A program made the position numbers and the translations under genes. The notes beneath the pieces were generated by a model. That model searched no databases. It saw only the letters and a list, made by a program, of their open reading frames with translations, and was not told the DNA's origin. From Candidatus Latescibacterota bacterium (GTDB lineage: Bacteria > Latescibacterota > UBA2968 > GCA-2709665), in the NCBI GenBank assembly GCA_965116875.1, contig OZ220733.1, positions 1,280,001 through 1,344,000 of the forward strand: DNA of 64,000 nt. Reading direction: 5' to 3'. Below are positions 59,580 to 64,000 of the stretch, one piece after another (within the stretch, counting starts at the first letter, position 1; every line of letters starts with the position of its first letter).

Positions 59580-60557
59580 ATGATCGCATATAACCGATTC
59601 GCGGTATTGGATGTTCCATACTGTGTCTGGGATCCGGTGGACCCAATAAGACGGAACCTTGAGTTCATAGAACGAATTGATCCACAGTATTTCGACTACA
59701 TCGCAGATTTCAACGTAGAAGCTCTACAGGGTGAGACGTCACAATATGCGGCGACATCCTTGAGGATTGCCTAATGCCACGGGCTCGAAACACTATTCGC
59801 TTTGCTTGGCGCTTGCATTCAAGCTCCGGACTGCGTCATAGGTTGGCTCCAAAGGTACAGGCCAGACCAATTGAGGAAGTTGGTAGACGCGATTTCCAAA
59901 CGCCGAACCAAGATTCTCTGTAGACTTGACATTCAACGCGTTACTTTTGAGCAACTATCTGGCTTGATAAACTGTCTTAGTCTCAGGAATGAGGAAAAGA
60001 TCGAGAGACTAAAGGGCTCGTTCTCGACACTTTGGTATCGGTTTGCTAGTGACTTTCTAGACGGAAACCTGATCGCAGAATACAATAGCATAAAGCACGG
60101 ATTCCGCATTAACCCAGGTGGCTTTAAGTTAATGGTCGGACCCGAGAGCTCTCCAGGTGTGGCTGCTCCAGCGGATCGAATGACGTCTCTGGGAGGAAGC
60201 GATTTCGGATCTTCGTTTTTCTTGAGTGAAGGAATCGGAGTTGAGGAGGGCAGGAGAAACACAACACATTTCAGGCTAAAAGCGAATTCTCTGAATTGGG
60301 ATCCGGAGGGTATGGCGGCCGGATTGAGGCTCATCTCGATTTCTCTCAACAACATACTTGCATTTCTCAAGTTATTGAATGGTTTATCCGAAAACGTTAC
60401 TCTTCGATATCCGTGCGATGAAGCATACTTTGAGATACCATGGAGTTCATCGCAGAGCGGTAGGAGCATAGGTATAAACCCCATTGTCCGTGAGGAGGAC
60501 ATCGTTCGATTCTCAGACGAAGACATCTTGAAAGTGTATAAACAGAAACAGCGGTGA
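59580..60557 (+). pseudogene. Hypothetical protein with HEPN-like NxxKH motif, interrupted by an in-frame TAA
   Basis: ORFs 59580-59774 and 59802-60557 share one frame with a single stop at 59772-59774; EYNSIKHG motif. Confidence 0.7.
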
Positions 60558-60644
60558 TTCTGCGCGAACAGCGAATCTCCATATTGGGTGCCGTGGCGAG
60601 TTGTACTAGAATTACATTATGCGCAGTCGGTAGAGCGTCAGGTA

Positions 60645-60674
60645 TTGACATCCGCCGCAAATTGGGGCTATATT
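60645..60674 (+). promoter_or_regulatory. Sigma70-type promoter
   Basis: TTGACA-18 bp-TATATT upstream of 60729. Confidence 0.65.
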
Positions 60675-60728
60675 TCCCGTGTATCAGGATGGTGTGAGAA
60701 ATCGCGTTCATGCTTGGGAGGTTACAAG

Positions 60729-61034
60729 ATGCCGCGTCGATCCATTATTATTACGAAGCCTGCTCATCGTTGCGTCGAAAACGAAGCCGACAGAGTTGGT
60801 GCGGAGACGGCACAAGAGGGGGACGAGTCTCGGCAGTACACTGAAGCCGGATCGCGTCCACCCGGGTTTGATCGAATCTCTGAGATGTTCGGTTCCGAAG
60901 ATGAAGCATGGTATTGGTTAACTACACCAAACGAAGCGCTGGATGGAGTGGAGCCGCTCGCCCTTCTTCACAGGAGGGAACTCACCCTGGTTGAGGCCGC
61001 CGCAAACGGGTACCTTCAAGGTGACTTTTCGTGA
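60729..61034 (+). CDS. Xre/MbcA/ParS-type antitoxin C-terminal domain protein (orphan)
   Basis: FGSEDEAWYWLTTPNEALDGVEPLALL...G.F; RBS GGGAGG. Confidence 0.78.
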   Translation: MPRRSIIITKPAHRCVENEADRVGAETAQEGDESRQYTEAGSRPPGFDRISEMFGSEDEAWYWLTTPNEALDGVEPLALLHRRELTLVEAAANGYLQGDFS

Positions 61035-61284
61035 TGGTAGGTTGCTTCTACATAATTGACCGCTATCGTGCCCTGTAATAGTCCGCCACACAAATTGAAC
61101 CCCGGAAATCACTGTCTCATCCTCCCGCCAGATACTCGGACAAATCGTCAGATAAAGGTCCTTGCAACACCTGTCCAAAAACGGATTTGATTGAATACGA
61201 GAATCGCGAAAATACGCGAAATGAATGGCTGAAAAAATCGTCCACAACCATTGGCGAAACGAGGCGGTCCTACCTTCGAGAAGA

Positions 61285-62156
61285 CTGTCATCCTGAGGAC
61301 TTGCCCTGCTTGTGCTGAGCTTGTCGAAGCAAGCCTGCGGTCCCTGAGCCGTTGTCCTGCTTGTGCTGAGCCTGTCGAAGCAAGCTTGTCGAAGGATTGT
61401 CGAAGGGTCGAAGGGGCCATCAGGCAGTTGAAGTGTCCGCGCACAAGTTCATCTACAAAGACCAAATGCGACACGTACATTCGAGAATACGGGAGATTCT
61501 TCGCTGCGCTCTGATTGTCATGTTTCGCGATAACTATTGGCAAAACGCTGAGCCCACACCTTCGCAGAACATGTCATCCTGAGGAGGCCAGCGCGCTCAG
61601 AATGACATGTTTTACGATTGCCATGCACGTGGTTTCCCGCTGTCATCCAGAGGACTTGCCCTGAGCCTGTCGAAGGGTGCCCCCAGGCCGACGAAGGATT
61701 GACTGCAGCAAGGGATCATGCCGTTGCGACTTGCAAGTATCTGTGTCACCTGAGAGGCAGCAAGTTCGCCGTACTCTCATTCTCAGGTCGTCAGACAGTG
61801 GATGCGTCCGCGCACAAGTTCGTCGCCGAAGTGCATGTGTTTCACGTCCAGTCGAGAATACGGGAGATTCTTCGCTGCGCTCTGAATGACATGCTTCGCA
61901 ATAACCAATGTCAAGGGGTCGACGGGCCGTTGAATGGCGGGCATTTCGACAAGCTTGCTTCGACAGGCTCAGCACACGCAATGGCCACGCGTTATTTGGC
62001 TCATTGGATGTCATTAAGCCGCTGACAGGAGACCCATAACCTGCCCTGCTTGTACTGCTTGCACTGAGCTCGGTCCCTGAGTTTGTCGAAGGGTGCCCCG
62101 CAGGCCGACGAAGGATTGACTGCAGCATCGGATCATGCCAGAGCGTCCGGCGTTCG
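61285..62156. repeat. Nested cluster of CGTC-type REP/REPIN elements, including the right island-flanking repeat
   Basis: TGTCATCC(T/A)GAGG ... GAGATTCTTCGCTGCGCTCTGA(A/T)TG units twice; several CTGAGC(C/T)TGTCGAAG palindromes; 62042-62156 repeats 43960-44074. Confidence 0.85.
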
Positions 62157-62416
62157 GACAGTCCTTACGTGCGGCACGACCGTTCCTGTTTCGATTGCGC
62201 TCGCAGGTACAGGTGGCCCGACAACCTTCCGTGAAGTCTCCGCCGACACGTGAACATTGCTTTTTCGTAACAATTTCGTGACGAACATCTTCGAATGGAC
62301 CCGAAAGCCCACTTGCGTTTTTCGCAGATCAGGGTACAATAGGGGTAGAGAACAGGGAAAAGCCATCCGGCATCCCTTCGAATCGTTCCCTCTACATCCT
62401 TTATCGGGAGAATGAG

Positions 62417-64000
62417 ATGAGCCAAGGTGTCCGCAAGTTCATCGTCTTCGCCATCGCCCTCGTCGTATCCTGGATCGTCGGCGTCAACGTGGCCCCAACC
62501 TGGACCGTCGAACAGATCGCCCTCGATGCCCACAGCGATAGCGAAGGAAGGCTCTATTACATATACCGGGGAGAGCCGACTTATTTCCACCCCGTACCCT
62601 TCGAGGAGGCGCTGCTCAACCCCGAGCGAATGGAAGGCTCGCGCGAGACCCCGGAAGTGAAGAAGGAGTTTGTCTCCGTAGTCAGGCTGGAGGAGGGGGA
62701 GCCAAAGACCTTATATTATCAGCTGTTGGCCAAGCACCACTGGGGCTTCTGGTCCCTGCTTCCCGCGGTGGTCGCCGTGCTCCTGTGCTGGCTCACCCGG
62801 GAACCGGTTACCTCCCTCATCGGCGGCATTCTGTCCGGAGCCCTGGTGCTGACCCGCTATGACTTCACCGGCGACGTGCTCATCCCCTCGCTGGCCACGA
62901 CCAGCTCCGCCGGCGTTCTGCTTCTCTACCTGTGGCTGCTCGGCGGGCTGATGGGAATCTGGTCCCGGACGGGCGCCGCGCAGGCGTTCGCCGAACTCAT
63001 GACCGAACGCTTCGTGCGCGGCCCCCGAAGCGCCAAGCTCGTTTCCTGGATGCTTGGCGTCATCTTCTTCCAGGGGGGCACGGTCAGCACCGTGCTGGTC
63101 GGCACCACGGTCAAGCCGATCGCCGATACAGAAAAGGTCAGCCACGAAGAGCTCGCCTACATCGTCGATTCAACCGCCTCGCCGATCGCTTCACAGCTCG
63201 CTTTCAACGCCTGGCCCGGGTACATCCAGGCCTTCATCTTCGTCTCCGGGGTCGGCTTCCTCGCCACCGAGACGGACCGCATCGCCTTCTTCTTCCAGAG
63301 CGTACCGTTCTGCTTCTACGCGATCTTTGCCGTTCTCGGCACCTTTCTTCTGAGCGTAGAAAAGCCCCTGTTCCTCGGCAAGCGGCTCAAGGCGGCGATG
63401 GAACGCTCCCGCGCGACCGGTCGGCTCGACGCCGAGGGAGCGAATCCCCTCAGCGCGAAGGAGCTGCAGGGTAGCAACGTTCCCAAGGGTTACACCCCGC
63501 ACGTGATGGAGTTCTTCCTGCCACTGATTTCCCTCATCGGCATCGCCGTCGGCACCTTCATCGTCAGCGGCTCGCCCAACGTGCAGTGGGCCTTTGGAAC
63601 GGCCCTGGTGCTCGCCGCGGGGATGGCACTGGCCAAGGGGATGTCGCTGAAGGATCTCGTGGCGGGTTTCCACGACGGTCTCAAGGGGGTGGTGCTCGGC
63701 TCCGTCATTCTCCTGCTCGCCATCACCATCGGGGGGATCAACAAGGAGACGGGCGGCGGGATCTTTCTGGTCGAGCAGCTTGGGGAGGCAATTCCCTACT
63801 TCCTGCTGCCGGTGCTGCTTCAGATCATGACCATGGTCATCGCCTTCTCCACGGGGACGAGCTGGGGCACCTACGCCGTGGCCTTCCCGCTGGCCATGCC
63901 GCTGGCCTGGGCAGTGGCCGGGGCTCACGGGCTTTCCCATCCCGAGCTCTTCATGACCCTCTGCTTCGCCGCGGTGATGGATGGCAGCGTGTACGGCGAC
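62417..64000 (+). CDS. Na+/H+ antiporter NhaC-family transporter (3'-truncated by window edge; absent from the ORF track)
   Basis: Open frame from ATG 62417: WSLLPA, VSHEELAYIVDSTASP, FSTGTSWGT, AAVMDGSVYGD. Confidence 0.88.
   Translation, partial: MSQGVRKFIVFAIALVVSWIVGVNVAPTWTVEQIALDAHSDSEGRLYYIYRGEPTYFHPVPFEEALLNPERMEGSRETPEVKKEFVSVVRLEEGEPKTLYYQLLAKHHWGFWSLLPAVVAVLLCWLTREPVTSLIGGILSGALVLTRYDFTGDVLIPSLATTSSAGVLLLYLWLLGGLMGIWSRTGAAQAFAELMTERFVRGPRSAKLVSWMLGVIFFQGGTVSTVLVGTTVKPIADTEKVSHEELAYIVDSTASPIASQLAFNAWPGYIQAFIFVSGVGFLATETDRIAFFFQSVPFCFYAIFAVLGTFLLSVEKPLFLGKRLKAAMERSRATGRLDAEGANPLSAKELQGSNVPKGYTPHVMEFFLPLISLIGIAVGTFIVSGSPNVQWAFGTALVLAAGMALAKGMSLKDLVAGFHDGLKGVVLGSVILLLAITIGGINKETGGGIFLVEQLGEAIPYFLLPVLLQIMTMVIAFSTGTSWGTYAVAFPLAMPLAWAVAGAHGLSHPELFMTLCFAAVMDGSVYGD

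Noticed and set aside
44273-61034. Integron cassette array
   Set aside because: No RYYTAAC...GTTRRRY attC structures found between genes and no IntI
61070-61105. TGTAATAGTCCGCCAC...AAATTGAACC as an IS terminal repeat (also TGACCCCCCAAGAAATCGGA near 49265)
   Set aside because: No matching partner end or transposase; the resemblance is too weak

Overview
GC-rich bacterial chromosome window. GWxTD and DFxxDxxVxFxDF-tagged secreted proteins suggest an FCB-group lineage such as Latescibacterota/Gemmatimonadota, possibly host-associated (inference only). 1-23 kb is core: an RluA-type pseudouridine synthase, a pentapeptide protein, ygfA, uppS-cdsA-dxr-rseP, and a dcw cluster (mraZ to ftsZ). The dcw cluster lacks mraY and murD and carries two inverted copies of a 162-bp MITE. 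23-43.5 kb holds mixed metabolic genes. About 44-62 kb is a more AT-rich, REP-rich accessory island bracketed by a ~115-bp direct repeat, with every gene on the + strand. It contains a Type ISP-like nuclease-helicase-MTase missing its catalytic MTase motifs through an apparent in-frame deletion, two tandem paralogous membrane proteins coupled to it, a pentapeptide-FRG fusion, a nonsense-interrupted HEPN-like gene and an orphan Xre/MbcA-type antitoxin. This block (52-61 kb) is the best candidate for an undescribed defence or conflict system. The window ends in an NhaC-family transporter. No tRNA, rRNA or CRISPR array was seen. All calls come from reading motifs by eye; no searches were run.
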